From the NCBI GenBank assembly GCA_964016885.1, contig OZ024741.1:100192001-100256000 (forward strand): a stretch of 64,000 nt of DNA, written 5' to 3'. The position numbers and the translations under genes were made by a program. The stretch is from Eledone cirrhosa (lineage: Eukaryota). Positions within the stretch are counted from its first letter, which is position 1, and the number at the start of each line of letters is the position of its first letter. Under the pieces are notes generated by a model. It had not been told where the DNA came from, searched no databases, and saw only the letters and a program-made list of their open reading frames with translations. Below are positions 43,148 through 56,026 of the stretch, one piece after another.

Positions 43148-44370
43148 GTATTTTTTTGTGTTGCACCATAGACCATGTGTGTTTACGTATGTCATTGTGT
43201 TTATATGTGGGTAGAGATGTGTGCTGATGTAGGTATGTATGTTGACGTGTGTATGTTGTGGGTTGGTCTTAGGGAGAAGTGTTTAGACGGGGTCCGTATT
43301 TGTTAATGAAGTAAGATTCCTTGCTGATGCACTGGGTGTGGGTGGCATTATCTTTAAATTTGTAGAGGGGAAAGATTCTGAAGTTGGGATGATTTTGGGC
43401 GGCACAGGTATCAATGTGTTCACTCAGTGGTATTTTCCTGTATTCCCGTATTTTAATTTTAGGATCTATGGACAGTCATGCGTTGGCGGAGGCTGTTTTT
43501 GGTCTGGCCTATGTATTGTTCTCGACAACCTGAGTAAGTTAATACATATATTAGATTTTCCGATGCACATGTTGAATTGTGTTTTACTATAAAACGTTGT
43601 CCTTCTTTGAAATAGAATTCCGAACCCTCTATTAGGTTGATGCAAATGCCACAGTTGGGTCTATCGCATTTTTTTACTGTGGGTTTCGTTGTTGTGGTTG
43701 GCAGTACTTTGGCATGTGTTAGGATATTTTTCATTGACTTGGATTGTCTTTTTCTCTTTATGATATCGTGTGTTCGTAGGATTTGGTTCATTCTATGGTC
43801 CTTTTTCAACACAGGGATGTTCTGGAGGATGGTGTCAAAGGCCTCATTGTTGAGGGGTTGTGTGGAGATGTATGGAATAGCTTTTAGTTTCGGTTGATTT
43901 ACATTAGGGTGTCTAAGGTCCTGGGTACTGAGTTTTAGGGCACGTTGGATTCCATTGTCAATTAGTGATGCAGGGTAGTCCCTGCCTATGAGTGTGTCCT
44001 TTAGTTCTTGTAGCCGTAAGTAGCAGATGTTTTTATTGGAGACTATAGTACAGATTCTCTTGGCTAAGTTGTAGGGAATATTAATTTTAACGTGTCTAGG
44101 TTGGCAAGAGTTGAAAGGGAGATATTGCTTGGAGTCTGTGGGCTTGTAGTATATGTCTGTTTCTATTTTTTTGTTATGGATCTTAATGAGGATGTCGAGG
44201 AAGGGGAGTTGTTGATGGCTGTATTCCATCGTGAAGTTAATATTCGTGTTGAGCCCATTTATAAGGGTGTAAAATTCTTTAAGTTTTTCGAAGTTTTCGT
44301 GCCAAAGGATGAAGCAGTCATCTAGATATCGCTTCCAGTTCCTTTCAATGTGTAAGTGGAGGGTGTTTCC
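42040..44370 (-). mobile_element. Neptune-like Penelope element, copy 2: 3' part (RT YLDD, thumb, GIY-YIG, 3' terminal region)
   Basis: WKRYLDDCF, LPFLDI, YKPTDS, CDRPNCGIC linker, TCASENLIYVL...QYIGQT..LRQRMTVH. Highly similar to copy 1. Confidence 0.9.
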
Positions 44371-46726
44371 CAAACCTTCCGAAATCGGCGACAAACTCCA
44401 AAACCTTTGCGATACTATCCAAACTATGTTCACTACTACCAACCCAGGAAAAACTAACGAAGAACAATGTAAGATTGATTCATACAAAATGACAATTCGA
44501 ACAATTCCAAAATGGAACAAATCCCTCAGAGACAGAAAGTTCTCATTCTGGTAGATGATACAAAATCACAACAAAGCAGAGATATATGAAAAATGGCTTA
44601 ACTCAACCCCTCTAACTCTCTCCCGTAAACTACAAATAAAGTCCATTCCAAATGAACCCGAACCTCAAAGACACCTTAGGGAAAGAATGTCATTGGAAAA
44701 AATGAAGACAGAAATTGAACTTCTTAAACTGAGGGCCCAGACAAATGAGGAAAAAATCAAAACCATCGATGAAGACATCCTCCTGGAAATCAACAACAAA
44801 ACTGAAGGCCCCAAGGTAGAGAAGATCTCCAAATTATGGAAAGGGGACTGCAACAGAGAAGAACTGAAATCCCTTCAACGCTGGGAAAAAAGTGCCACTT
44901 GGTTCCTACACTATGAATCGACTTTTCAAACGGATTACACCTCCAATAACCCGTTCATAAAAATAGGAAAACCCATTACTGAACCGCACAACAACTTCTC
45001 AAACCCCCAAGCCTCTAACAAACCAAGAAGGAAGCACCACACCGAATATTAACTTCCCAACCTCGCTACCATAAGAAGGAACAAAAACCCAAGAAATCAT
45101 CTCCCCCAGAATGACATTTACAACTTTCCCCCTTCAAGGAGACACCATACCAAATCACTCAACTACTACGCGGATGCCTCATCGTCAAACATAGGGAAAA
45201 GATACCAACCACCATGATAGATGTAACAACTTCCCCGCTTCAAGGGGACAGCAAGGTAATTACCATTTTCTCAACTCTCGCTTCCACAATACACAACAAA
45301 CCCACAACACACGATACAACCAACAACGTAGGCCACTTATAACACCACAATACAACATGGCACATAGAAACACACACCCATACTCGCAGTACAGAAACAC
45401 CCCATTCAATCTACAACCACCAACCCGAACCACATTTTACAAAAACAAGGAATATAACAAACACAGGAGACCACTTAACATCAGCAGACAACCCCTCTAC
45501 CCCAACCATTTTTTAGACAGCACACAGATACAGGCAAACAAAATAACACAAGACAGGGAGGAGAAACCGATAGTAATAAAAATTATCAATCTTACTAGTG
45601 CAGAACCAACACCCAACCTTATCAACTTACTCTCCAAAGGTCTTAAATTCACACCGCCCCACTACGTTCTAACTACTATGAAATGAAGGAAGACATCACA
45701 GACTTCTGTAGAAAGTTACGACTTAGTGAACAACTATTCGACCAGTACAATGAGGATGAATCATTAGCCAGAAATAGAAGCAATTACACTCCTTCAAAAG
45801 GTAGAAATAAAATCCTAGACGAATTCTGTGAACACATCACAAACTTCCCTTACCAACACTTGCACAGACAAAACACAAGCCAAACCTCAACAAGAAAGAA
45901 TGGGAAGAATTAAATAGATTAAAAACCGACAGAACCATTACAATTAAAGAGGGTGATAAAGGGAGTACAGTAGTCCTAATGGAGACATAATTCTATATCA
46001 ACTTAGCGCTCTCCACTTTGGAATACGAAACATACTACGAAAAGGCTGAACACTACAATCAACAGAAAATGATGAGAAACCTAAAAACTCTAATCAACCA
46101 ACACAAAGAAAGACTCACTAACAAGGAATTTAGCTTCATCACAGACTTCACAAGTAAATCCAGCCTTTTCTACGGTATCCCTTAAGTACATAAAAGCGAA
46201 TCAATAAGTAAGGCATGCAAGGAAGCCACAGACATAGTCATCAATGTCCCCTCACCCAATGATCTCAAATTAAGACCTATAATAGCAGGCCCCGCTTGCG
46301 AAACCCACCGCCTTAGCAACTTCATTGATACCCTTCTCAAACCCTTCCTCAAACACATCAAAAGCTATATAAGGGACGACCTAGATATGCTCAATCACCT
46401 CCCTAATATGCCACTTTCTGAACAAACCCTACTAGTGACGTTCGATGTAGTCAACCTATACTCCAACATCCCCCACAACCTAGGAATAGAAGCTATCCAA
46501 TTCAGGCTGGATAATTTCCACAATGAACTCCTACAACGCATCAAAAAAGAATTCGTGATAGAAGGACTCAAATTTATCTTGGAGAACAATTACTTCGTTT
46601 TCAATAACAAACACTACAGGCAGAAATCTGGGACCGCTGTGGGAACGAAAACAGACCCCACTTATGCCAACCTAGTCATGGGATACCTGGAAATCACCCT
46701 CTACACTAAAGTCCTAAACAAATTTG
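44371..46726 (+). mobile_element. Neptune-like Penelope element, copy 2: inverted 5' part (upstream coiled-coil ORF plus RT N-terminal half, decayed)
   Basis: IINLTS..LLSKGLKFTP, DKGSTVV, LRPIIAG, TFDVVNLY, GTAVGT. Ends at TKVLNKF(G), exactly where the minus-strand part resumes (GNTLHL). Confidence 0.9.
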
Positions 46727-47159
46727 TATTGGCATTACTATTTTATAACAGCAACTGCTTGTATACCTTTTACTGACCACCTGACCTAGTTTCACCCCTA
46801 AAATAAGCTTCAATTACTACTATTTTACCATTTGGCCAATTATTAACTTTCTATTGGTTAATTCTAAACCTCTTACCAAACAGACAGAATATATTAGATC
46901 TTTGTTGGTTTTATTCAATGAACAAATAAAATTATTTCTGAGGTCAGCATAAGACCCATTTCTTCCCTAAAATAATCCCTCATTCATAATATTCTTTTCC
47001 ATCCAAAACTGAAATCTACCTTCCTCTACCCATAATTTAAGGTTCTTCTACTACTATATTACTATCTTGACCCTCACTATCTCCTGATTGGTCAATTCAA
47101 AACCTGTTCCCAAACAGACCTATTGTATTGAATCTTTGTTTTTATCAATAAACAAATAT

Positions 47160-47299
47160 CATTATTTCTGAAGACAGCTTATATATGTGTAGGTATGTAT
47201 ATTCCCTCTGATAGTTTGTATAAATATTGTACATAGATCTATAGAATATGCATACCAACTCTAACACATATATATCCTAGAAACGATCGTAAAATGATG
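47160..47299 (+). ncRNA. Hammerhead motif with 105-nt stem II domain in the 5' pseudo-LTR
   Basis: CATTATTT-CTGAAGA-(105-nt hairpin)-GAAAC-GATC-GTA-AAATGATG. 8-bp stem I, palindromic ACGATCGT. Confidence 0.7.
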
Positions 47300-47627
47300 A
47301 AATTTGTTTTAATATAAGGAACTGTTTCTTTGTTTATTCATTATTTTATTAATTTATCTTGACTCTATTTTCCGTTTATTTTTCACCGAAAGTAGTTTTT
47401 GAATGCATCTTCTCTTTTCATGATATCCGGATTACATTGAGTTCTTCATACGGATTGGACACTACCGTAAACTTTTGGTAGATTTATCTACATACTTTGC
47501 TCCTATTTTCACGGGGATATTCTTATTTTTGTATTGTATGTGTATGTATATTTATATATATATACATATACGTGTATAACTTTATAACTCCATTGAGCTC
47601 TTTTTCTTGTCCATTATCCATATCACA

Positions 47628-50080
47628 ATGGAAAAACAATACTTGGGAACTTCTTCAAAGAATATACCATTACCTTCTAAGGATGATTTCTTACTTCTTA
47701 TGATACAAAAAACCAACCAATTTATCAGAAGAATCAGATGGAGGGCCTACCACTTCGATAAAAAATCAAAATGTACTGATAGGAAATATCTGTATGATTT
47801 CACTACATATAAAAATCCACCACACAACTCCTTACTTGAAAACTTTGAGAAAGACCTTTTTAATTTAATCAAACACCTCAAATTTAAGAGGTATAAATCT
47901 AATTTTCAAAAGGACCTTCATTCTACCCTATTGGACCTAAAAAATCTAAAAAAATCCATGTCCACTCGGACAAAACTGGAAATCTATATCACATGGATAT
48001 TGAAAATTACAATGAGTTCATATATAAAGAACTCAAGAAAAATTATAGAAAAACAAATAATGCGTCACTTACCAACATCAACAACAAAACACACAGCATA
48101 GTGAATAGACTTAATATTGAAGATAGAACTGAACCTTTGGCATTGAAAAGACCACACTTCAACCTGAAAGATCATAAATCTAACTTTAACTCTAATCCTT
48201 CTATAAGGCTTATATGCCCTTCCAAATCTGATATTGGAATAATTAGTAAAATTTTTTTAGATAGAGTCATCCCACAACTGAGAAAACATGTTAATTTACC
48301 ACTCTGGGAAAACACATCCCAGGTAATTAACTGGTTTAATAATATTAGATATAAATCCTCTGCTTCATTTCTACAATTTGATATAGATAATTATTATTCT
48401 TCTATATCACCTATACTCCTGAACAAAGCCTTGATATTTGCTAAAAACAGATCTAACTTAACTTTGGATGACATTAATATTATTACACATGCTAGACTAA
48501 CACTATTTGAATTTGAGAATGAATACTGGACCAGAAACACATATAGTAATCTATTCGATATTACTATGGGCTCAAGCGATTCTGCCCAAATTACTGATCT
48601 TGTGGGCCTCTTTCTTCTTTTTAACATAAATGCTTCCTTCCCCCACCTTAAAGGTGGTTTATATCGTGACGACTGTCTTCTTCTTTCCAATAACCTTAGC
48701 CTCTCAGAGATAGAAAAAAATAAAAAGCTTATTAGAACTTTCCTTAAAGACTATTATAGTCTAGATATTACATTTGAAAACACAAGTAAAGTAGTTAATT
48801 TCCTAGATATAACATTAGACTTATCTACGGGTATCTACCAACCTTACCATAAACCCAACCAAAATTTACACTACATACACTCACAATCTAATCACCCTAA
48901 ATATATCCTTAAAAACCTTGCATATAATATATCACTTAGAATTTCTAACCTTTCGTCTAACCAAGATGTATTTGATAAAAATGCGACCTTTTATAACGAA
49001 GCTCTAGCTAGAAGTGGCCACAAAAATAGATTAGCATATATACCTTCTACCAATAACACTACAAACATACAACCTAATATTACCAACAAACACCAAATGA
49101 AACATACACACCTAAATGCCACTCACACTATACCCCAAAACACCAACATAAAACCAAATTTCTCTAACTCTTCTAATATACAGTATAGTAACTCTCAAAA
49201 AAATACTTATCCTACAACTCTAATAAATGTTAATAATAAAACTCCTAATAAACAAGCTAAAATACCTAAATCAATAAATCTAACTAAAAATGTGTGTGGA
49301 GAGGTCATTAACAATAATTCTCTTAATAAACATCAGGATGCATCCTATAAAAACAATAAACAACATAGAAACCGTAATAGACGAGTTACTTGGTATAATG
49401 CTCCATTTAATTTACAAATTAAGGATAATATACCCAAAAAATTCTTTAATATCCTAGAGAAAAACTTCCCGCCAAACCACAAATACCATCAAATCTTAAA
49501 TAGATCAACGGTTAAATTCTCCTACTCAACAACCAAAAACATAAAACAAAATATAAGTGCCTATAATGCATATAAATGTAAAAAAACCATGAGTATACCA
49601 CCAGTACATCAAACTAACCATAATATCTCCTCAGACACAGGATTCACGAAAAGTTGTAACTGTAGAAACAAGGCAAACTGTCCATTAAAAGGAAATTGCC
49701 TTGTCAATAACATAGTATATAAATGTAAAGTTAACACTAAGGACTCTATTTATTCATATATAGGAGCTACCTCTAACAATTTTAAGGTAAGATTTAATAC
49801 CCACAAACATAGTTTTAAAAATGCCGCACTAGCTAATACAACATCTCTAGCTGAAATAATTAATAGTTATAGAAAGAGGAATATAGAATATGACCTGACC
49901 TGGAGTGTGCTCAAAAGGGCTACCCCTTATCAAAATAGTAGAAATGAATGTAGATTATGTTCCCAAGAACTTTTCGAAATAATGAAATCTAAGGATATCC
50001 TATTAAATAAGCGACAGGAATTAATAATATCGTGTAATCATAAACTGAGAAAAACCTTTAAATATTATAAACCTAATTAA
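47628..50080 (+). CDS. PLE reverse transcriptase with C-terminal GIY-YIG endonuclease (~817 aa if a single frameshift at 47948-47954 is corrected)
   Basis: MEK..KNIPLPS..FIRRIRWRA; after the shift HSDKTGNLY; LKDHK, IRLICP, QFDIDNYY, ITMGS, LYRDD, NFLDITL; CNCR..CPL..CL..IVYKC..YIGAT..FKVR..H; CRLC..E. Confidence 0.85.
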
Positions 50081-50403
50081 TATACACTTTAGAAATTAAT
50101 ATATAAATTATTTTTAATTTAGTTAACCTATAATTAATATTCTACTACTGATGAACTACATAATTTTGCTTTCCTTCTTACAAATATCATTTCCTAAAAC
50201 TGATACCATTAAGTAAACATATATAATGCTTTAACTTCAGGTTTTGACTCTATGTTCCTTGAAAACTATATATATTTACTATTTCTCACTAATAAATGTA
50301 ATCCCCCCCCCAATAATTATATGTATATTTAAGTGTGTATGTGTGTGTATATATATGTGTATGTATGTGTGTGTGTATGTATGTGTGTATATATATATAT
50401 GTG

Positions 50404-50440
<37 letters not shown>

Positions 50441-50455
50441 ATATGTATGTATATG

Positions 50456-50488
<33 letters not shown>

Positions 50489-51326
50489 ATGTGTGTGTGT
50501 GTGTATGTGTGTGTGTGTGTATATATATGTGTACATATATATATATGTATATATATAAGTATGTATGTATGTGTATATATATATATATATATATAAATAT
50601 GTGTGTATGTGTGTATATATGTATATATATGTATATAAGTATATATATATATATATATTATTTTTATATTCTTTTAATTTCCCCTCATCTTTAACAGCAC
50701 TTTTCAACTGCATCTAACACTTATTTATCATATCTATATGTATTAGTATAATTTTACCAATATAAATATACCCATCAATTAAATAAATTTTATATTCTTT
50801 TCATAGATGTATTTTTTTCACTAACATTCTTATCTTAAAACTTTGGTCACCTTAGATATTTGTATTGGCATTACTATTTTATAACAGCAACTGCTTGTAT
50901 ACCTTTTACTGACCACCTGACCTAGTTTCACCCCTAAAATAATCTTCAATTACTACTATTTTACCATTTGGCCAATTATTAACTTTCTATTGCTTAATTC
51001 TAAACCTCTTACCAAACAGACAGAATATATTAGATCTTTGTTGGTTTTATTCAATGAACAAATAAAATTATTTCTGAGGTCAGCATAAGACCTATTTCTT
51101 GCCTAAAATAATCCTTCATTCATAATATTCTTTTCCATCCAAAACTGAAATCTACCTTCCTCTACCCATAATTTAAGGTTCTTCTACTACTATATTACTA
51201 TCTTGACCCTCACTATCTCCTGATTGGTCAATTCAAAACCTGTTCCCAAACAGACCTATTGTATTGAATCTTTGTTTTTATCAATAAACAAATATCAATA
51301 AACAAATATCATTATTTCTGAAGACA

Positions 51327-51382
51327 ATAAAGTACCAGTAATGCACTGGGTAATTGCTGGCCTTGTGCCTAAAGTAGAAACA
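51327..51382 (+). mobile_element. 5'-truncated SINE family A with 16-bp TSD inside the 3' pseudo-LTR
   Basis: TSD ATTATTTCTGAAGACA at 51311-51326 and 51383-51398. Absent from the 5' pseudo-LTR. Confidence 0.9.
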
Positions 51383-51521
51383 ATTATTTCTGAAGACAGC
51401 ATATATATGTGTAGGTATGTATATTCCCTCTGATAGTTTGTATAAATATTGTACATAGATCTATAGAATATGCATACCAACTCTAACACATATATATCCT
51501 AGAAACGATCGTAAAATGATG
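51383..51521 (+). ncRNA. Hammerhead motif with long stem II in the 3' pseudo-LTR
   Basis: ATTATTT-CTGAAGA-CAGC-ATATATATGTGT...ACACATATATAT-CCTA-GAAAC-GATC-GTA-AAATGAT. Confidence 0.7.
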
Positions 51522-51605
51522 AAATTTTTTTTAATATAAGGAACTGTTTCTTTGTTTATTCATTATTTTATTAATTTATATATATATATATTTATATATA
51601 TATAC

Positions 51606-52318
<713 letters not shown>

Positions 52319-52319
52319 A

Positions 52320-52366
<47 letters not shown>

Positions 52367-52620
52367 TTCATTCAGGTTTGAGGTTCACCACTGGATAGAG
52401 CTGGTCAATTCCGTATGGTAATAATATAGAGAGTACTCAACGTAAAGCAGGTCAACCGTCTTTGTTTTTGTAGTTGCAGGTGCTATTACGGAGTTAAATA
52501 TTATAATGAAATGACAGTAGACTGGATTTGTGTAAATCCTTGAAAGGTTTATTATACTATGATCATTTCAATGACCGGGTCCTTGATTTTCAGCCCCATG
52601 GATTTTATCTATTACATTCA

Positions 52621-53116
52621 CTTAGAGTGGGAAATGAAATTTCGTTTCATTTTTTCCGTTTATCGTTATCGGTGCACCCGGTCGATTAAGCCACTAGATA
52701 TGCAAATTGGTCTACTCAGCCGTTGATATGCATAAGGTAAGTATATACGTTCAACAATCTGGCAGGAACGTATACGTTGCTGACGATAGCTAATAAGCTT
52801 GAAACTAGTACAGCGTTCTTTTGTCAGTGTTGAACAAACGAGCAACGATGGTTGCTAGACACTACGGCTTAATACGGGATGTTTGTTTACAAACACACCG
52901 AGCATTATAATAAATGTTCGGTGAATCCATACGTACATATATATATGTGTGCATGTATGTATATATATATACATACTACTGTACGTCTGTATACATATAT
53001 GTATGTACGTGTACATACTTATATTATAAGTAACAGCCGTCTAAGAGTTGGAAATGAAATTTCGTTTCATTTTTTTCCGTTTATCGTTTTCTTTGCACCC
53101 GGCCGATTAACCCACT
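52621..53116 (+). mobile_element. Retrozyme-like element: ~420-nt monomer plus ~75-nt terminal redundancy
   Basis: 52621-52697 is repeated at 53041-53116. Homologous to 17320-18335. One hammerhead. Confidence 0.7.
52774..52816 (+). ncRNA. Intact minimal type I hammerhead ribozyme motif
   Basis: ACGTTG-CTGACGA-T-AGCT-AATA-AGCT-T-GAAAC-TA-GTA-CAGCGT. 6-bp stem I, palindromic ACTAGT, GUA cleavage triplet (52808-52810). Confidence 0.8.
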
Positions 53117-53177
53117 CTACGTCTGTATACATATATGTATATACGTGTACATACTTATATATATATATCTATATATA

Positions 53178-53584
<407 letters not shown>

Positions 53585-53991
53585 TATGTATATTGCTCCT
53601 ACTTTTGGCACAGGTACCTAGTGCCTGTTGGAATATCCATACCCTTTTATAATTTATCTTCTTATAGAGCACAAAACGTTGTATCGCGCTGCTATTTTTA
53701 GCGGCATAATCAGCAAGTTTATAATAACCCCCTTTTACTTGTGGCCTAATTTTGCGTGTGCGTCACTTCAATGGCTTGACCGCATGCGTCGGGCAGTAAG
53801 CGAAATATTGACTTACTATGAGGTTTTGCACCCTTATGGTATGGTAATAGCTGTCTGAAGATCTAATTATTTCCATTGGAAATTCTCTTTTGATTAGTGA
53901 ATCCGTCGGTAACAGCAATAGAACAGGTGAATATTTAAATCGTTTTTTAATTTATTTAAGAGATTGTTTGATAATTGCTTGCTCCGCTCAT

Positions 53992-54000
53992 CTATCTATC

Positions 54001-54033
<33 letters not shown>

Positions 54034-54535
54034 GTATTCCTGTCTGATTGTGTTGTTTGTTTATTCACGAACTACTCCTATGGTTTTGGAGATAGACCCC
54101 CCCCCCATAACCACATATATTCTGAAACTACATTGCCCAGCGTACTTGGATAAGTATATTTCATTTTAATCAAAGGGTTCCCAGGGGGCACAAACCCCCG
54201 CTGAAAACTCACTCTGAAAATGTTTTCCCTTCGATTTATATGGAATTTAAACCATAGGTAAATGAGAAGATATGATGCGCATTCAAAAAAAATTTGAATT
54301 GATATTTGGAAAAAAGATTATTTACAAGAAACAAAGTAAGAATAATATTTAATAATGTCATTTTGATTTGATATATTACAAAAAATAATGTTTTCCAATT
54401 TTTCATGCGTTACATTTTACATTGTGTAATATTGAGAAGCAGAATTTTTCTACATAAATTATATCACTGATATAAAATGAATCATCTTACAAATAAAAAA
54501 ATGTGTGAAACACAGCAAGGCGCGGATAATTCGGC

Positions 54536-54540
<5 letters not shown>
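53992..54540 (+). mobile_element. Possible non-autonomous Helitron-like element
   Basis: 5' TCTATC(TA)nAAAGTCG..TGTCTG..TGTTTG and 3' GC-rich GCAAGGCGCGGATAATTCGGCTAC resemble invertebrate Helitron ends. The terminal CTAG is imperfect. Confidence 0.45.
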
Positions 54541-54582
<42 letters not shown>

Positions 54583-54635
54583 CACTTATTAAAATCAAGA
54601 AAAGAAGGTAGGACTGGAGTCTTTATAATTTTATT

Positions 54636-54703
54636 CCCGCATGTTTCAATGGCCTAGATACATCATCCGAATATGAACAAGCACAAGGCCATTTCATCGG
54701 CTG
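54636..54703 (-). ncRNA. Decayed hammerhead-like motif at the end of a probable PLE remnant (~54600-55850)
   Basis: CCGATGA-AATGGCCT-30 nt-AGGCCATT-GAAACATG. Perfect 8-bp stem II but altered core and cleavage site. Upstream SPYLPG and VVYRI fragments. Confidence 0.4.
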
Positions 54704-55894
54704 TTAATTGCAGAACTAGTCATATGAGCGAACAATTCCGTGTTATTTTAACGGCATGACCAATCACAATATTTGTGCAAACCTTCCCAATATGCTCGAG
54801 AAAGACATCAGGGTTGATTCTATTATTTGGTGGTGGGTAGCGACTGCTACTGTTGCTGGTGCTATTTATGATACTGTTGTTCTGCCTCTGCAGGCATTGT
54901 TACTTGAGGGGTAGTTTGTTCGGGTACTTTTTGGTAGAAAGAGAGGTTTTGGCCGTCTACAATTTTCAGCTGGGGAAAATGATTCTATTCATTGCAAAGC
55001 CGGTTGCCTTCAGTGCTTCAGTTATCACTTTAATTTTGTACAAAACTGGCAGCTTGAAGTAGTTCGGGATATGTCTAATGTACTGTGGTCTGATATGGAG
55101 AAGAATCTCAAAACCAGTCAAACACCACCTCTCGAATTTGTAAATTTCACAAATAAAAGGTTGTCAGGACCCTCTCCTGCAACGCATCCCAGGAGCAACT
55201 ATTGATGCAGTAACGGCGGAAACCTGGGTACACGGACCATTATTTTGCTTCTCCCCACGTAGGACGTGTCCATGACTAATTAGTCCGACTTCAAGGGATT
55301 CCACTGAATGCGACGATACCGTTCCGCACACAAGCTTCCAGCATCCGTACATTACTGACATGTGAATTTATATCGAACAGCTAGTGTCGCATGTGAGACG
55401 GATCCGGTAAACGACCGAGTCCCCTGACTTTTTCTTTTGGCAGGGCAGATCAGTTTTCCTCTGCCTGGTGTCTGTAGCAAAAGATCTGTGGTGTACGTGT
55501 CTGAACTGATTGGAAACAAATACTTTTCTCTACGGTCAATCTATCATCAACTTTTTCAAGTTTTGCCTGGTAAGTAAGGTGAGGCTGGGTGCAAGTTCTT
55601 CCCCCAGTACATTTGTAAAAAGGTGGCTGAATGTTTCGAGAAAGGCGCTAGTGAATTAGTCTACTATGACCATACTCCTGTAGGCTGGCTGATTTCAGGA
55701 TGAGAAAGTGCTTCGACTGGTTCAGGTTTGGTGGGTTTCGTGAGGCACCACTGTGGTTCTAGCACTGTTGGGGAATTTATATTGTTAAAATGTTCTTTTT
55801 CATTGTAATTGTTATTATATTGTTTACTATCTCTGTCTTGTGTAGTGTTCCCTATTTATCGGCTCTTGTGGCCAATAAATAAATTATACTCATA

Positions 55895-55937
<43 letters not shown>

Positions 55938-55970
55938 ACACACACACATATATATATACATATATATACA

Positions 55971-56026
<56 letters not shown>

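Larger units (their letters stand above)
46722..51579 (+). mobile_element. Near-intact Penelope-like element, Hydra-clade-like, with direct pseudo-LTRs 46722-47357 and 50858-51579
   Basis: Two ~635-bp almost identical direct repeats flank one RT-EN reading frame. Ends in (TA)n. Confidence 0.9.

Noticed and set aside
43459-44520. 353-aa ORF as a complete protein with a hydrophobic N-terminus
   Set aside because: The first ~50 residues are antisense read-through across the inversion junction at 44370.
47628-50080. Naiad-type selenoprotein or N-terminal endonuclease PLE
   Set aside because: The endonuclease is C-terminal and the frame has no in-frame TGA codons.
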